Sequence record: SRR20825019_1753
Length of the DNA stretch: 57,383 nt
Reading direction: 5' to 3' (one strand)
The position numbers were made by a program, and so were the translations under genes. The number at the start of each line of letters is the position of its first letter. The first letter of the stretch is position 1. Positions 1 to 10,571 of the stretch are shown one piece after another. Under the pieces are notes generated by a model. The model ran no database searches and was not told the origin of the DNA. It was given only the letters and a program-made list of their open reading frames with translations.

Positions 1-21
1 TGCTTCGATTAACATCGAACT

Positions 22-705
22 ATGAAAGACGGACCAGACATCGCGCTTATCGCGTCGCTTATCGGCGACCCGGCCCGAGCCAACATGCTTACCTCCCTGA
101 TGGGTGGCACGGCCTTGACCGCGACCGAGCTGGCAGATGAGGCAGGCGTGACCAAACAAACCGCCTCGAGCCACCTGAGCAAACTGGAAACCGGCGGCCT
201 GCTGGGTATTCGCAAGCAAGGCCGTCACCGCTATTACCAACTTTCAGGGCCTGATATTGCGGACCTTCTGGAGAACTTGATGGGCGTCGCCGTTCGCACC
301 GGCCATATCCGCACCCGTCCCGGCCCCAAAGACCCCGCGCTCAGGCATGCGCGGGTATGTTACGACCATTTAGCCGGTGATATGGGCATCCAGCTTTATG
401 AAGGCCTGCTCGCGCGCGGGCTTTTGTTTGAGCATGAAGGTGAACCCGTTATCACCCCCGTTGGCGAAGGGTTCATGAAACGCCTTGGTCTGCCGCTCGA
501 CACCCTCGTACGCGCCAAACGCCCCTTATGTAAAGCCTGCCTGGACTGGAGCGAACGCCGCACACACCTGGCTGGCGCCCTTGGCGCAGCCCTTCTTGAG
601 CATATCTACGCCAAAGGCTGGGCAAGCCGGAAGGAGGGCAGCCGCGAGGTGACCTTCACCAATAGCGGACGCGAAGAGTTCAACCGCTTTTTCGGCCCGG
701 CTTGA
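22..705 (+). CDS. ArsR/SmtB-family transcriptional regulator (long form)
   Basis: N-terminal wHTH (DPARANML...TATELA...QTASSHLSKL...QGRHRYY); C-terminal ARVCYDHLAG and CLDWSERRxHLAG motifs. Confidence 0.9.
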   Translation: MKDGPDIALIASLIGDPARANMLTSLMGGTALTATELADEAGVTKQTASSHLSKLETGGLLGIRKQGRHRYYQLSGPDIADLLENLMGVAVRTGHIRTRPGPKDPALRHARVCYDHLAGDMGIQLYEGLLARGLLFEHEGEPVITPVGEGFMKRLGLPLDTLVRAKRPLCKACLDWSERRTHLAGALGAALLEHIYAKGWASRKEGSREVTFTNSGREEFNRFFGPA

Positions 706-743
706 GTTTCCGTTCCATGATCTGAGTAAGACATCAAATAAGC

Positions 744-765
744 TATTTGACAGCGCTGTCAAATA
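744..765. promoter_or_regulatory. LacI/GalR-type operator overlapping a TTGACA -35 hexamer
   Basis: Perfect 22-bp palindrome TATTTGACAGCGCTGTCAAATA with central AGCGCT, 90 bp upstream of the aldo/keto reductase gene. Confidence 0.7.
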
Positions 766-854
766 TAGCAATATTAGCCCCTTAACTGGTACCGATTTGT
801 GCAGGCACTGCAAACTGTAAAATACTTTAAAAACAAAGATTAAGAGACATCACC

Positions 855-1784
855 ATGGCAGACGACCTCCTTCACGCACGGCCCAAGTTTAACATTGGGC
901 AATCAAGCCTGTCTGTCGGGCCAATTGCCTATGGCTGTTGGCGCTTTGCGGGCACGGAGGTAGCCCCTGCGCAAGCGAAAATCGAGGCGGCGCTGGCATG
1001 CGGCATGACGCTTATTGATACCGCCGACATATACGGCAAAGGCAGTCCCGGCGGTTTTGGCAGTGCGGAAGAACTGCTCGGTGAGGTGTTGAAGGCGCAA
1101 CCGGGCCTCAGGTACGACATGGTACTCGCAAGCAAGGGCGGCATATGGCCGGGCACGCCATATAACTCCAGCAAAGCTTACCTCACCACAGCTTGCGAAA
1201 AGTCTCTCAAACGCTTGAACACGGAGACGATCGACCTGTACCAGATTCACCGTCCTGACTTGTTGACACCCATGGCGGAGGTGGCCGAAGCGCTGTCCGC
1301 CTTACGGTCCCAAGGCAAGATACGCGAGGCCGGAGTTTCCAATTTCACACCCAGCCAGTTCAGGGCACTGCAAGCGCATCTGGACTTCCCGCTGGCATCA
1401 CAGCAGCCGGAGTTTTCAGCGCTGGAGCTTTCACCTGTTTTTGACGGCACGCTCGACCTATGTCAGGAGTTTGGCGCGCTTGCACTTGCGTGGTCTCCGC
1501 TTGGTGGCGGAAGGCTGATGACCGGACAGGCTGACACAGCCGAAGGCCAAACGCGTCTGGATAATGTTATCAAGGCACTCGATGACATCGCTGAGAAAAA
1601 CAACACAGACCGCGCCGCAGCAGCACTTGCTTTCACCATGGTACACCCGGCTGGCGTGATACCCATCATCGGTACACAGACACCGGCCCGCATCACGGAA
1701 GCTGCGCGCGCTGCTAAAGTCAAGATCAGTCGAACAGACTGGTACGGTGTACTTCAGGCAAGCATTGGTGCCCGCCTGCCCTGA
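855..1784 (+). CDS. Aldo/keto reductase (YdhF-like)
   Basis: AKR motifs GCWR, DTADIYG, SLKRL...IDLYQIHRPD, GVSNF, WSPLGGG, PIIGT. Confidence 0.92.
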   Translation: MADDLLHARPKFNIGQSSLSVGPIAYGCWRFAGTEVAPAQAKIEAALACGMTLIDTADIYGKGSPGGFGSAEELLGEVLKAQPGLRYDMVLASKGGIWPGTPYNSSKAYLTTACEKSLKRLNTETIDLYQIHRPDLLTPMAEVAEALSALRSQGKIREAGVSNFTPSQFRALQAHLDFPLASQQPEFSALELSPVFDGTLDLCQEFGALALAWSPLGGGRLMTGQADTAEGQTRLDNVIKALDDIAEKNNTDRAAAALAFTMVHPAGVIPIIGTQTPARITEAARAAKVKISRTDWYGVLQASIGARLP

Positions 1785-1888
1785 CAAAGCAGGCTAACCC
1801 TCATCATCTTCACACTACCGCAAAGCGGCTTTTCAATTTGACATTGCATGCCTATGCTGTGGGCGGGGAATTGATATTTGGGAAGATA

Positions 1889-2752
1889 ATGTTCCGTACC
1901 ATATTGTGCGCTGCGCTTGTCGCAGCATTTTTCACTGCCCACGCACCGCTTTGGGCTGAAACAGCTGTTATTCGCCATGTCTGGACAGTGGACACCGGCC
2001 TTTTTGAGCCGGAATCTGTCGCTATTGATGAAAACCATGGCGCCATCTATGTGTCTAACGTGGTGGGCTATGGCAAAAACGGCCAAGGCTATATCAGCAA
2101 GCTCTCAATGTCTGGCCGTGTGATTGCAGCGAAATGGATAGAAGGGCTTGATGCTCCAACCGGCATGGTCCTGTTCGGCGAGGAACTCTTCTTCGCAGAC
2201 TTCAACATGCTGAAAGTCGCCGATGTGAAAACCGGTGAAATCGTGCGGGAGTATCCAGCACCCGAGGTTAACCCCTGTTTTAACGACGTTGCTATAGCAA
2301 GTGACGGAACTGTCTATATCTCCGCAAGCTGCAGCCAGAAGATCTATACCCTGAAGGATGACACGCTTGTGCCTCTAATTGAAGACAGCGCAGCGCTTAA
2401 GTTCGTCAACGGGCTCTATGTCGCCAACAATATGTTACTGAGTGGCGGTTGGCAGATATGGATATGGGACCGCAATACCGGCAAGCCTCTGGCAAACGGG
2501 CCAGTAACCCGGCAGGCGGACGTGAAGGACATTGACGGTGTTGCCTGGGATGGTGAAGCCTTCATCATTTCCATGGTGGACGACACCCGGCTTTGGCGGC
2601 TTGGGGCCGACGGGGTCGCTGCCCCTATCTCCGAAGAAGCTTTTCACGCCGTTGATTTCCAGTATGATTTTGTTACAGGCCTTCTTGTAATACCCCGCAT
2701 CATTGGGGAAAGTGACCACCGTGTTTCCGCTTACCGGCTGTCGTTTCAATAA
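1889..2752 (+). CDS. Secreted SMP-30/gluconolactonase-like beta-propeller protein
   Basis: Signal peptide from ATG 1889; PES, YVSN, YISKL, APTGM, NDVA, NGL, DG blade motifs. Confidence 0.75.
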   Translation: MFRTILCAALVAAFFTAHAPLWAETAVIRHVWTVDTGLFEPESVAIDENHGAIYVSNVVGYGKNGQGYISKLSMSGRVIAAKWIEGLDAPTGMVLFGEELFFADFNMLKVADVKTGEIVREYPAPEVNPCFNDVAIASDGTVYISASCSQKIYTLKDDTLVPLIEDSAALKFVNGLYVANNMLLSGGWQIWIWDRNTGKPLANGPVTRQADVKDIDGVAWDGEAFIISMVDDTRLWRLGADGVAAPISEEAFHAVDFQYDFVTGLLVIPRIIGESDHRVSAYRLSFQ

Positions 2753-2790
2753 GCGCGCCCTGAAGCGCCATGAGCACAAAGGATAATATC

Positions 2791-3303
2791 ATGCGCATTC
2801 TGATCACGGCGCTTGCCCTGTTTTTCTCCGCCCATGTGAGTGCAGAGCCTATTGAGCAGCTTGCCCCGCTCGCACCCTTCACCGGCAAAACCTGGCGCAC
2901 GGTTGATGGCAGCGTGGACGGCTCGGAAAACTTTAGCGATATCTCAAAATGGGAGTGGATATTGCACGGCCGCGTGATGCGCATCACCCACAGCGTTGGT
3001 GGCGGCTCCTACGCGGGCGAAAGCCTGATCCATTGGGATGATGTGCAAGGCAAGATCATTTACCGCTATGTCACCACGGCAGGCTTCTACACAGACGGGG
3101 TCATCACACCTGTTGAGGGCGGTATTGACGTGCACGAGTTCATCCGTGGGTCAAAAGGCGGCCCCACCGAGACCCTTTCTGGCTACCGTATTGAGAACGG
3201 GCAGATGCACGGCTGGTCAAAGCTGTTAACAGATGGTGTCTGGAGCGAAGCGAATACCTTCATCTATGAAGAAGCGCCCGATGCAGTGCCAAATATTGAC
3301 TAA
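2791..3303 (+). CDS. Secreted hypothetical protein (beta-barrel-like)
   Basis: AAAGGA RBS before ATG 2791 (alternative start 2770); signal peptide ending VSA; LAPFTGKTW motif followed by beta-strand pattern. Confidence 0.6.
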   Translation: MRILITALALFFSAHVSAEPIEQLAPLAPFTGKTWRTVDGSVDGSENFSDISKWEWILHGRVMRITHSVGGGSYAGESLIHWDDVQGKIIYRYVTTAGFYTDGVITPVEGGIDVHEFIRGSKGGPTETLSGYRIENGQMHGWSKLLTDGVWSEANTFIYEEAPDAVPNID

Positions 3304-3403
3304 CTAACAAGACTGGCAAACTGCGACAATTGCTCACACTGACGGTGCTCGAAACACAGGCTATGTTCCGCGCAGCTTAAAACTGCCAATGGGATGCCTT
3401 GCC

Positions 3404-3661
3404 ATGTCAGACACTGTTTACCGGACCCCTTCGCTTGTCTCCCGCGCCTTCCGTGCGCTGCCCTTTGTTGGCAGCCTTATCAAAGACGCAGGCAAAAGTG
3501 ACGAAGCGCTGATCTTCGCGCTTTTAAACGCTGTTATGCTGTGGGTTTTTGCCGGTATTTTCTGGGGACTTGAAGGCGTGCTTGCGGTCGCGCTCGGCCT
3601 CGTGCCTGTGGTGCTAATCACCTTGTGTGCGGCTATGCTGTTTAGTGGCAAGGCACGCTAA
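3404..3661 (+). CDS. Small two-TM membrane protein, hypothetical
   Basis: ORF fills the intergenic gap and has two hydrophobic segments; start 3404 or 3389. Confidence 0.6.
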   Translation: MSDTVYRTPSLVSRAFRALPFVGSLIKDAGKSDEALIFALLNAVMLWVFAGIFWGLEGVLAVALGLVPVVLITLCAAMLFSGKAR

Positions 3662-3671
3662 CCGGGGCATG

Positions 3672-5645
3672 CTATTCCACCGGGAAACCGAGCGTCACCG
3701 TCGTACCGACACCCTCAATAGATTCGATATCCAGTCGCCCGTCTATCAGCGTCATGAGGCGGCTAACGAGCGGCAGACCAACACTCATGCCGCCGTTAGG
3801 GTCTGAGGTATAGGCGTGACCTGGCCGCTCGAAAACAGATAACGCGACCTTCATTTCTTCCTTGGGCATGCCAGCCCCTGTGTCTGTTATTCGGATCGTG
3901 AAATGGTTTTCATCAAGGGCACCGTGCACGGTTACAACGCCGTTATCGGGCGCATGTTTCATGGCGTTCGACAGCACCTTGATGAGCGCCTGCCGCATGA
4001 TGCGCACATCTCCTTTGATCTCAATCGACTGACACTGGGTATCGAGGAAGATATGCTTCTCACGCGCGACAGGTGCCAAAAGCCCAACACTCATGTCCAC
4101 AACATCCTGCGGGTCGAACGGGTCATGCGCGACCTCAAACCGCCCAGCCTCCAAGTCAGAAACGCTCAATATATCCGACATAAGTACCAGCAACTGCTGC
4201 CCGTTATTGCGAATAAGGCTCAGGTATTCGCGCTGTTTTTGCGCGTCAACCGGGCTATGTGATTGGGAAATCAGCAGGTCGGAAAAACCGATGATGGCAT
4301 TAAGCGGCGTGCGGACCTCATGGCTGATGTTGGCGAGGAAACTTGACTTGATCCGCAAAGCATCCTCTGCGCGTTGTTGCGCGTCATCCAACTCATCCGC
4401 CCTCAGACCCAGAGCCTCATTTGCCATGGCAAGATGTTTGGAAAGGGCCGTCCGCTCAGCCTGCTCCCGCCGGTACCGCATGGTGAAAAGCCACATCAGG
4501 ATAACCGCAAACGCAATCGTCGCCACCGGCACACTTTCAAGTCCACCAAGCGCGCCCGATGCGGTCAGCACTGCGTCCGCCAACATCGCCATGATCATGA
4601 TGGCCCAACCCGCCAGCGCCACGTTCGCCCCCAAACGGCGCTTGTTGCGGGCCCGCAGGAACACCATCAACACCATCACGCCGCAAATGCCGGCCACCAG
4701 CATATAGGGATTGCGCGTTTCAAACACCCAAGGCAGCGGTGCGGCAATCGCGACCAGCGCAAAAAGGCCAGACACCCCAAACAGCAACTGCGCACCGCGC
4801 ACACTGGCTTCCTTGGGGAACAAACCACAAGCCAGCCCGTAGAACATAGGCAACAGTGTGAAGAAGGTGACATATTCGAACCGCAAGGAAGCGGGATAAG
4901 AGATGAAAGGCAGAAACAGCCACTCAAAATCCTGCACGAAAATGAGCCGTATAGCGATCAGCACAAGTACAACACCGCCGCTATAATAATAACTTTCCCC
5001 CGCGTGCCATAGCGCCAGCAAAATGGTGTAAAGCCCGATCGCGATAAACAAGCCCGCAAAAAGCATGATGGCCGCCAGCCTGCCGTCCTCCGTGCGCTGT
5101 GCCAACGCAGCATCCCGGATAACCGGTGCCGTCATCAAGCCAGCCTGAAAATGCGATGTGTTCGCCACATGCAGCACAAGGGTAAAGTCGCTTGCACCGA
5201 AGTCGAGCAGCATATGTTTGGGCGGCGCGCTTGCGCTCGTTTCCGGGTTCACCACTGAGGGGTCCCCATTGCCGCCAAGCTTGTAAACTCGCGGCCCGTC
5301 ATCTCCGTCCACAACGGCGTAATATCTGTAAACGCTTCTGATCTTGCCAGTCACCAAGGCAGAATCCGCCGGAACGCCAGATACACCTCTTATGTAGGTG
5401 ATTGTGCCGAACGCACCATCGGCGCCAGACTGGCCACTCATGAAATCAGGGATCATCACTTCGCGTGCGTCTCTCGCACGCGCGGCGGCCAGTTCAGGGT
5501 TAACAAGCTCTTCGTCGATCGCGCGCCAGCCAGCTTCAAGCGTCATTCCGTCGCCGCGATCGGGCGCATAAAGCACAAACGGCGACGAAACCATCAGGCC
5601 GCCCAAAAATACGATCAACGCAATTAAGATCCAGTGTCTCGCCAA
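3672..5645 (-). CDS. Membrane sensor histidine kinase (extracellular domain + 7TM-DISM-like + HisKA/HATPase)
   Basis: N-terminal TM, periplasmic domain, about 7 TMs, H-box [21 protein letters not shown]-box SNAMKH, G1 DTGAGM. Confidence 0.88.
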   Translation of the reverse strand: MARHWILIALIVFLGGLMVSSPFVLYAPDRGDGMTLEAGWRAIDEELVNPELAAARARDAREVMIPDFMSGQSGADGAFGTITYIRGVSGVPADSALVTGKIRSVYRYYAVVDGDDGPRVYKLGGNGDPSVVNPETSASAPPKHMLLDFGASDFTLVLHVANTSHFQAGLMTAPVIRDAALAQRTEDGRLAAIMLFAGLFIAIGLYTILLALWHAGESYYYSGGVVLVLIAIRLIFVQDFEWLFLPFISYPASLRFEYVTFFTLLPMFYGLACGLFPKEASVRGAQLLFGVSGLFALVAIAAPLPWVFETRNPYMLVAGICGVMVLMVFLRARNKRRLGANVALAGWAIMIMAMLADAVLTASGALGGLESVPVATIAFAVILMWLFTMRYRREQAERTALSKHLAMANEALGLRADELDDAQQRAEDALRIKSSFLANISHEVRTPLNAIIGFSDLLISQSHSPVDAQKQREYLSLIRNNGQQLLVLMSDILSVSDLEAGRFEVAHDPFDPQDVVDMSVGLLAPVAREKHIFLDTQCQSIEIKGDVRIMRQALIKVLSNAMKHAPDNGVVTVHGALDENHFTIRITDTGAGMPKEEMKVALSVFERPGHAYTSDPNGGMSVGLPLVSRLMTLIDGRLDIESIEGVGTTVTLGFPVE

Positions 5646-5840
5646 CTTGCACCCCTTGCCCCTGCCCGAGCCACCATTGTCGGCACACTTTCATGCGGTA
5701 AGGCAATCAGATTTTGGGCATTTCACCAATATAATATAACCGATACTGCAAATGCATGCCTGAAGCTTCAGGCCCGCCTTGTATCGCCGGGATGCTGCCC
5801 AATCTTGGTTCCTCATCAGTTGAGCGAAAGGATTTCCAGC

Positions 5841-6827
5841 ATGAAACGGAAGATTGGCAACTCTGACCTTGAAGTGAATTCAATTGGATTGGGCTGCATG
5901 GGCCTCAGTGCATTTTACGGCAAACCGGTGGAGGAAAGTGAGGGCATATCGCTAACTCACGAAGCAATTGAGCGAGGTGTTGATCACTTCGACACGGCTG
6001 AAATGTATGGGCCGCACACGAATGAAACCCTGCTTGGAAAGGCGCTGAACAGGCGTAGGGATAAAGTGGTGCTGGCTACAAAGTTTGGCATCGTTGCTCC
6101 CGCCCATACCGGCAGCAAAGGCGCACTTGATGGTAGCGCAAAAAACTGCCGCCGGGCCGTTGAAGGCTCACTCAAGCGCCTGCAAACAGACCATATTGAC
6201 CTTTATTATCTTCACCGACTGGACCCTGATACACCGATTGAAGAAACCGTCGGGGCCATGGCTGAGCTGGTTAAGGAAGGCAAGGTGCGCGCAATCGGCC
6301 TGTCCGAAGTGTCCGCCGATACACTGCGCCGTGCGGCCAAAATTCATCCAATCGCCGCCGTGCAATCGGAATATTCGATCTTCACACGGGCAATTGAAAA
6401 CACGCTGTTCCCGGCCCTTGAGGACCTTAACACCAGCCTTGTCGCCTATTCACCACTGGGGCGGGGTATGCTTGCGGGGGCTTATCAAGGCGGGAAACGC
6501 CCGGCGGCAGATGATTGGCGCTCCCTCTCCCTACCTCGCTTTGAAGGCGAAAACTTTGATGCCAACCGTATGCTTGCTGCAGAAGTTATCGCGCTCGCGG
6601 GCCAGAAAGGCGTGTCAGCATCGCAAATGGCCCTTGCCTGGGTGCTTGCGCAAAGCGACCGTGTTGTGACCATCCCTGGCACCACAAAACTGGCAAACCT
6701 GGAAGCCAATTTAGGCGCTTACGACGTCAATCTGACAACAGAAGATCTGGAGCATCTGGCACCGCTTGCGGAACAGGTGGCTGGCACCCGATATAGCGAC
6801 TTTGGCATGAAGCTCGTCGACGCCTGA
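5841..6827 (+). CDS. Aldo/keto reductase (AKR13-like)
   Basis: IGLGCMGLS, DTAEMYG, ATKFG, IDLYYLHR, VQSEYS, YSPLGRG, IPGT; start 5841 after AAAGGA. Confidence 0.93.
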   Translation: MKRKIGNSDLEVNSIGLGCMGLSAFYGKPVEESEGISLTHEAIERGVDHFDTAEMYGPHTNETLLGKALNRRRDKVVLATKFGIVAPAHTGSKGALDGSAKNCRRAVEGSLKRLQTDHIDLYYLHRLDPDTPIEETVGAMAELVKEGKVRAIGLSEVSADTLRRAAKIHPIAAVQSEYSIFTRAIENTLFPALEDLNTSLVAYSPLGRGMLAGAYQGGKRPAADDWRSLSLPRFEGENFDANRMLAAEVIALAGQKGVSASQMALAWVLAQSDRVVTIPGTTKLANLEANLGAYDVNLTTEDLEHLAPLAEQVAGTRYSDFGMKLVDA

Positions 6828-7024
6828 TAACATGTTGGTCAGCCGGGAGATTTCGACCTTCCGGCTGATTAATTCGCCTTCCCGATCACCCTCATCGAAA
6901 CATTCCATTGAGTATGCTGCGCCAATCGCTTGGCAAATGGCGGGCGAGCTTTTATGTAAAGGGCAAGACAGTAATGACCCCGTGTACGGCACTAGGCCGA
7001 ACCGGCAAGATGAGGACACCAGAC

Positions 7025-7993
7025 ATGGCTGAAACCAAACACACCGACCTGCTTATAATCGGCTCAGGCCCAGCGGGCTACACAGCTGCAATTTACGCTG
7101 CTCGCGCCAGCCTCAACCCAACTATCGTGACCGGTATGCAGGCTGGTGGCCAGTTGACCATCACAACAGACGTGGAAAACTACCCCGGTTTTGCTGACGC
7201 GGTACAAGGCCCAGACCTGATGGAGGCCATGCGCCAGCAGGCTGAAAATGTGGGCACGGACATCGTCTACGATCTCATCACTGAAGTTGACCTCAAGGCA
7301 ACGCCAAAGCGGGCTGTGGGCGATAGCGGCACGGTTTACACCGCAGACGCTGTTGTTATCTCAACCGGCGCACAAGCCAAATGGCTTGGCCTTGAGACAG
7401 AGCAGAAGTTCAACGGATACGGCGTATCTGCCTGCGCAACATGTGACGGTTTCTTCTACCGCGGCAAAGAGGTTATTGTGGTTGGCGGCGGCAACACCGC
7501 CGTTGAGGAAGCGCTGTACCTCGCAAATATCTGCTCAAAGGTGACAATCATTCACCGCCGCGATGAATTCCGGGCAGAAAAAATCCTGCAGGATCGCCTG
7601 TTCTCTACCAAGAATGTTGAGGTAAAATGGGATACGGTGCTCGAAGAAGTTGTCGGCACTGAAGCCCCGCTTGGTGTGACCGGTGTGAAACTGAAGAATG
7701 TGAAAACCGGCAATATTGAAGATGTGGCTGTGCACGGTGTCTTTATTGCCATTGGCCACACACCTTCAACTGAGCTGTTCAAAGGCCAACTGCCGATGGA
7801 CGAAGAAGGTTATCTGTTCAAGAAGCCTGACAGCACCCAAACAGACATCCCCGGCGTTTATGCGGCAGGTGATGTAACTGATAAAGTTTACCGTCAAGCT
7901 GTTACCGCCGCAGGCATGGGCTGCATGGCAGCACTTGAAGCTGAAAAATATCTGGCCGAGCTGCACCACGCTGCCTCCAAAGCAGCAGAATAA
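7025..7993 (+). CDS. trxB: Thioredoxin-disulfide reductase
   Basis: IIGSGPAGYTAAIYAARA, redox CATC, VGGGNTAVEEA, AAGDV, RQAVTAAG; GAGGA RBS before ATG 7025. Confidence 0.97.
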   Translation: MAETKHTDLLIIGSGPAGYTAAIYAARASLNPTIVTGMQAGGQLTITTDVENYPGFADAVQGPDLMEAMRQQAENVGTDIVYDLITEVDLKATPKRAVGDSGTVYTADAVVISTGAQAKWLGLETEQKFNGYGVSACATCDGFFYRGKEVIVVGGGNTAVEEALYLANICSKVTIIHRRDEFRAEKILQDRLFSTKNVEVKWDTVLEEVVGTEAPLGVTGVKLKNVKTGNIEDVAVHGVFIAIGHTPSTELFKGQLPMDEEGYLFKKPDSTQTDIPGVYAAGDVTDKVYRQAVTAAGMGCMAALEAEKYLAELHHAASKAAE

Positions 7994-8025
7994 GCACAGC
8001 AGACCACTCGTATATTCGAGATTTC

Positions 8026-8052
8026 AAGGCGGCTTCGGCCGCCTTTTATTTT
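8026..8052 (+). terminator. Intrinsic terminator after trxB
   Basis: AAGGCGGC-TTCG-GCCGCCTT stem-loop followed by TTATTTT. Confidence 0.85.
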
Positions 8053-8193
8053 ACGCCTCAGTTTTTTTGAAACGTAGGGCGATTGTTAGTTTTCTTTTAA
8101 TCGCAATCGATTACTCTGCGCTCATCCTAAGGGGGTCGAACAAAGCTAAATACATATGACGGTTGAATAAATCCCGTCAGAGGAGAATGGTTT

Positions 8194-10059
8194 GTGTTCG
8201 ATGCAATAAAAAAACTTCAGACATCTGATCGCAGTGCGAGTGCATCAATCGATGCCCTATCGCGCTCTCAGGCCATGATTGAATTCAAGCCTGATGGCAC
8301 GATCCTGAGTGCCAACAGCCTGTTCCTCCAAACAATAGGCTATACGCTCGCTGAAATTGTCGGCAAGCATCACAGCATGTTTGTAAGGGACGCGGAGGCT
8401 GCGAGCTCCGGTTACAAAGAATTCTGGAGCGCCCTTCGGCAAGGTACCTATCAGTCACGGACCTTCCAGCGGGTTGCCAAAGGTAACCACCCTATATGGC
8501 TCCAAGCCATCTATGTGCCCGTTACCGATAAAAGAGGCCAAGTAGAAAAAGTTATCAAGTTCGCGACAGACATCACTGCCGCTGAACTCAAAAACATCGA
8601 TGCAGAGGGCAAGTTGGCCGCGCTTGACCGGGCGCAAGCGGTCATTGAATTTGAACTTGACGGAACAATCATCACCGCGAACGAAAATTTCCTTGTCGCC
8701 ACAGGGTATACGCTCGAGGAAATCGTCGGCCAGCATCACAGCCTCTTCGTCAAACCCGAAGTGGCCGCGAGCGAAGAATACAAACTATTCTGGCAGCAGC
8801 TGCGCGAAGGCGAGTTCAAAACCGCAGAATTTCAGCGCATCAATAAGAACGGGGACGATATATGGCTTCAGGCTATTTATAACCCGGTCGTGGACCGCGG
8901 CGGCACACCGTTGAAGGTCGTTAAATTCGCGTCAGACATCACCGAACGAAAAATCAGGAACTCTGATTTCCGGGGAAAAATAGAAGCGCTGAACAAGGCG
9001 CAGGCCATCATCGAGTTTGAACTAGATGGTACCATTATTACTGCAAACCAGAATTTTCTGGACGCAGTGGGATATGCCCTCAACGAAATACGGGGGAAAC
9101 ATCACCGCATCTTTGTCGAGCAAAGCCATCACGGAAGTTCGGAATACGCTGCTTTCTGGAAAGACCTAGCGGCAGGCGCCTTTCAGAGCGACGAGTATAA
9201 ACGCGTCGACAAGGACGGAAATGATCTGTGGTTACAGGCTACTTACAACCCGATCTACGGTCCGGATGGCAAGCCCTTTAAAGTGGTGAAGTTTGCCTCT
9301 GACATCACTGAAACCGTATTGGCGCGCGATGAAGCCGCCCGCATTGCGGCTCTGGTTGATACCAATCTGGAAAACATTCTGACATCTGTTTCCGAGGCTA
9401 GAGAGAAATCTGGCTCAGCGGCCAGCGCCTCGAGCCAAACGGACTCCACAGTACAAACTGTTGCTGCCGCCGCAGAAGAGCTCAATATATCCTTTCAGGA
9501 AATCGCCGTGAACGTGGCAACCGCACGGAAGGCCGCCGAAGAGGCAGTAGCGGAGTCTGGTGCTGCCGATGCGTCGACCAAGGAGTTGACTTCGGCGGCT
9601 GAGGCCATGAACAAAATTGTCACTCTCATCAATGACATTGCCTCCCAGATCAATCTTCTTGCCCTTAACGCCACTATCGAATCCGCTCGAGCGGGCGAAG
9701 CAGGCAGAGGGTTTGCGGTTGTCGCAAGTGAGGTGAAAAACCTCGCAAATCAGGTGGGCACTGCCACCAATCAGATCTCTGGCGAAATTGACCGCATGCA
9801 GTCCATCTCATCCGAAGTTGTCCAGAAACTGGGGAAAATCAATAGCTCTGTCACTAACTTGCAAGGAAACGTTATGGAGATTACAAGCTCCATTGACGAG
9901 CAGACCGTCGTAACACGTGAAATATCTGGCAGCATGAACACAGCGGCCACTGCGGTCGCCGACATCAACCAGAACCTGCTTTCCCTGACCAATAACATCA
10001 GCACAGCTAAAGAATATGCGGAGGAAGGCATCACCCTCTATCGCAGCACCAATACGTAA
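8194..10059 (+). CDS. Soluble methyl-accepting chemotaxis protein with three PAS-PAC repeats
   Basis: Three repeats QA(M/V/I)IEFxxDGTIxxANxxFL...GxHHxxFV...WLQAxYxP; MCP tip [34 protein letters not shown]; no TM segment. Confidence 0.95.
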   Translation: MFDAIKKLQTSDRSASASIDALSRSQAMIEFKPDGTILSANSLFLQTIGYTLAEIVGKHHSMFVRDAEAASSGYKEFWSALRQGTYQSRTFQRVAKGNHPIWLQAIYVPVTDKRGQVEKVIKFATDITAAELKNIDAEGKLAALDRAQAVIEFELDGTIITANENFLVATGYTLEEIVGQHHSLFVKPEVAASEEYKLFWQQLREGEFKTAEFQRINKNGDDIWLQAIYNPVVDRGGTPLKVVKFASDITERKIRNSDFRGKIEALNKAQAIIEFELDGTIITANQNFLDAVGYALNEIRGKHHRIFVEQSHHGSSEYAAFWKDLAAGAFQSDEYKRVDKDGNDLWLQATYNPIYGPDGKPFKVVKFASDITETVLARDEAARIAALVDTNLENILTSVSEAREKSGSAASASSQTDSTVQTVAAAAEELNISFQEIAVNVATARKAAEEAVAESGAADASTKELTSAAEAMNKIVTLINDIASQINLLALNATIESARAGEAGRGFAVVASEVKNLANQVGTATNQISGEIDRMQSISSEVVQKLGKINSSVTNLQGNVMEITSSIDEQTVVTREISGSMNTAATAVADINQNLLSLTNNISTAKEYAEEGITLYRSTNT

Positions 10060-10110
10060 AAATGTGGGTAAGGGACTCTTCTGGTATGCGGAGCCCAATC
10101 CCGCCGAAAG

Positions 10111-10410
10111 TCACTTCAACGCAGCTTCAATGGCGGCTTTTGCCGCCAGCCCAGCCTCGGTCAACAGTACAATATTCCTGCCGTCGCCCTCGTTTTGTAG
10201 CTGGATAATCCCGGCACCGCTTGGTGTCAGCATGGAGATATGCTGATACGCCTGTGGCTCGGTCATACCAACTGCGCGCGCAACATCACCCACCGTTGGT
10301 TCGTTCAAATCCACCACAACAAGGAAACAGATAATGGCTTCTGCGGTAAGCCCAGGGTACTGAGCCTTGAAATAACTGGCCGCATGTTCAAGAACAGCTT
10401 TGTTGCTCAC
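10111..10410 (-). CDS. Small MarR-like winged-helix protein
   Basis: TVGDVARAVGMTEPQAYQHI HTH and DGRNIVLLTEAG wing; likely GTG start at 10410 after GGGGA. Confidence 0.65.
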   Translation of the reverse strand: MSNKAVLEHAASYFKAQYPGLTAEAIICFLVVVDLNEPTVGDVARAVGMTEPQAYQHISMLTPSGAGIIQLQNEGDGRNIVLLTEAGLAAKAAIEAALK

Positions 10411-10571
10411 ACTATGGTCCCCAAGCGATATCTGTACCGTTTCATCACTGCAATCGGGGCTTGCTCCCCCCTCTTGATCAGATAGTATGCAAAACAAAGA
10501 GTTACAGCAACAGCATCGATTAAATGGCTGGCTATGCCCTTTTAGCGTTTTTGCTGACCGGGAGACACCTG

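Noticed and set aside
3322-3338. TGCGA-N7-TCACA as a CRP-like site
   Set aside because: Spacer is 7 nt rather than 6; weak match
5634-5840. N-terminal extension of the second AKR in the ORF track (likewise trxB, rplY, pth, mmsA, acyl-CoA dehydrogenase)
   Set aside because: Family similarity begins at downstream starts that have better RBSs
8260-9310. Internal DNA similarity in the MCP gene as a repeat element
   Set aside because: Explained by three coding PAS-PAC domains
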